A program made the position numbers and the translations under genes. Source: Trypanosoma brucei (Eukaryota). Taken from it: a stretch of 64,000 bases of DNA. The notes under the pieces were generated by a model, which had not been told where the DNA came from, did not search any database, and saw only the letters and a list, made by a program, of their open reading frames with translations. Positions 63,001 through 64,000 of this stretch are shown here, one piece after another. The stretch covers positions 2,592,001 through 2,656,000 of the forward strand of contig CM000208.1 of assembly GCA_000002445.1 (NCBI GenBank). Direction: 5' to 3'. Numbering within the stretch: the first letter of the stretch is position 1; each line of letters begins with the position of its first letter.

Positions 63001-63988
63001 CTTTCCCTTTGTGGAGATTCACTCCATACACCGGTATTTTCCCGTCGGGGGATGTTAGTGTTGTCCACGTAAGGTTTCCTACCTTTCTCCCAGGCTGGGG
63101 AAAAACTCGCAGCACATCAACAACACTCCCATCGAAACCACCGTAAACGAAGTCTACCCACTCTTTTCCAAGATGGAGAAATTTGGAAACGTGTAGGTCG
63201 TCCATCAGCTCATAAGCTGCGCCTTCCATACGCGGTACACCCCTGAGAGAGTAGCCAACAGCAGTGCCAACAACACGCATCCAAAACTTGGATGTAGCGA
63301 GCAACTCAGTTCGGTTATTGACACTATATTGATCAAAAAACAACTTGATAAACACCTGGTGGAAGCCTTCAGTTAGAGAGACGTCAAACGAACTTTCATT
63401 CGATGGGTCGGCACTCCGTGGAGTGAAGCGTTTACCGTCGACATACACCACCGCTGTGGCATCGAAACCATATCGCACAGTGACACGCTGGGTCGCAGCA
63501 CTATAAAGAGAAAAAGCGTAGAATTGCAAACTTCTGTGCGGCACCTTCGCTACAAACACACCATCGTCTGCGGCCAACTCCCGCCACACATCCTGCAAGA
63601 AGTGCTCGCTGTCAATGCGCACCATACTCCTGCTGCCGACCTGCGGTCGAATTTGTGCCTCACCGCCAACGACAGTGGGAGCGAACCAATCCCTTTCGAG
63701 GGCAGTTGATCTTTCCACTGCACGTATTGCCGTGCCCGCTTCACCAAAATGCAGCAGACGTGGGACAAGTGCGTCAGGGTATGCTGACACGTCGGCTGGA
63801 AGCCGCCCAACAACATTCAAAACAGCTTTCAGTATTTTCGCGTTCGCGGTTTCAGGCCCATTCACAACTTCCACGACAATTACATACTCCCTAGCACCTT
63901 CCGCTGGGGGGCCGGCGTAATGTGTATAACGACCTGTTGGGCTCTCCGCGATGGTGGTGTTACCGTTTGCTGTGATACGGAACGTCAC
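60044..63988 (-). CDS. Large type-I membrane protein (over 1300 aa) with a single C-terminal transmembrane helix and a short cytoplasmic tail. The N-terminus is probably beyond the right window edge.
   Basis: 1314-aa ORF. The C-terminal hydrophobic segment VFVVCSFIGVVVIFAIAAIVFSRM is followed by a ~50-aa tail. The first in-window Met has no signal-peptide character. The ectodomain has many N-x-S/T sites and Cys residues. Confidence 0.55.
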   Translation of the reverse strand: MTFRITANGNTTIAESPTGRYTHYAGPPAEGAREYVIVVEVVNGPETANAKILKAVLNVVGRLPADVSAYPDALVPRLLHFGEAGTAIRAVERSTALERDWFAPTVVGGEAQIRPQVGSRSMVRIDSEHFLQDVWRELAADDGVFVAKVPHRSLQFYAFSLYSAATQRVTVRYGFDATAVVYVDGKRFTPRSADPSNESSFDVSLTEGFHQVFIKLFFDQYSVNNRTELLATSKFWMRVVGTAVGYSLRGVPRMEGAAYELMDDLHVSKFLHLGKEWVDFVYGGFDGSVVDVLRVFPQPGRKVGNLTWTTLTSPDGKIPVYGVNLHKGKGSAVSYIAFSLHNGRNSFASVCWTFVTEGETDLFLDSTPAYSRGNGTERKQESVTTYLSPGWHSIILRTVAINGHSWFLSFKIHLGSCEVKGVNALGNDLPPYLTPVQAEAPVLTLMRLVKKESTVGAIPHDLEAEMSPSAQLTDFPLDSRPSSMILSTESVWVLGERRQYEWVAERSTNGLWRGESICGSFNQYRALALYAAEEMKVGIRVASHADHGLWVDGLFVGSSSSSSVGHYLYQVRLARGWNRLILKLNTTGKSRVFHAARGKITWESAQNTCRKKNGMQLCSLSEICPLGVAPREAASTPQKSFWVPVNSAENGWAQITVKRGNKTLLCHAWRKDDGRWSPAKDPHNRHLGQLAVACCGGTPAPPMWLSVIPPNRARGRVGYTYDFPPAPDRVVVKMPEGVTRSTPIVGDLQGGVPASSTKNDARYRTGGLTFVRESWSLLTRGKATALPNGSSEILVNRVACLAYSPCSLSVKGVKDGWYFSLLRTDTDESMVERFLQGEYAKIQRPSLSFSGVLPVAQKNAVVVPPLNIGSFYMIAYNPNMTGTLAATRLEYRTLSITPKEVVGTQASAFKAEGSALELGDAVLIPTGNPNSPADCGTHKCHQEFSRSTDGVAVIYSNVSFPFTQDLYGYNGSISCLCVCLSCSLPPYTAATVRVESSKVVGFPINITVTLPPAPADDIVAAIRPRMVRDGVVAQFYGRFDPRKGYAVNFTSSGTPRPDCTKPFCSVLSITEELLTCEVHVNTPLACNWTAVVSSGGKAVPFSSGSFTTLQVHPSPPSVEYVTGSCASISAWCVNDTKLTLHGNNFNPVGAEYNRVIVGDDTSDAAVLCDVLSASASTITCTLKVLQSKGEEIYPIGIETRFSEDEWGERQEAGYLVVGGGAFVGGWTEDPVHRSVWGKNSQVFVVCSFIGVVVIFAIAAIVFSRMHATSSDIDVALVEDDGMGHAGSTETEERTHEDTISRFRDSVATPPGERA

Positions 63989-64000
63989 ATTTCCTTGATA

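Overview
This window looks like a nuclear chromosome segment from a kinetoplastid, most likely an African trypanosome of the Trypanosoma brucei group. Three things point that way: every gene is intron-less and closely packed on one strand, an HSP83 gene sits in a unit of about 2.76 kb, and the left edge carries an Argonaute with an N-terminal RGG repeat domain. From about 64.0 kb down to 14.3 kb there are around 19 consecutive minus-strand ORFs, which reads as one polycistronic transcription unit running right to left. Those with recognisable products are a CMGC-like kinase, an ABCF ATPase, HSP83, a CDC20-like WD40 protein, an MSH2-like MutS homologue, a CPD photolyase, an HD-domain hydrolase and a SET/zinc-finger protein; the unit also holds a giant acidic tandem-repeat protein. 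Positions 2.2 to 14.3 kb form an unusual gap of about 12 kb with no long ORF; it contains five tRNA genes in mixed orientation with T-run terminators, and several simple-sequence repeats. Positions 1..2170 encode the N-terminal ~720 aa of an AGO1-like Argonaute on the minus strand; the reading frame is open to the window edge, which is why the ORF track does not list it. The most notable structures are the 12-kb ORF-free region with its tRNA cluster, which is a candidate boundary between transcription units; a single HSP83 copy flanked by 134-bp direct repeats, the footprint of a collapsed or contracted tandem array; and a ~7.3-kb gene built from two tandem-repeat families that is interrupted by two adjacent frameshifting lesions. 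All product calls rest on motif recognition by eye, since no database search could be run.
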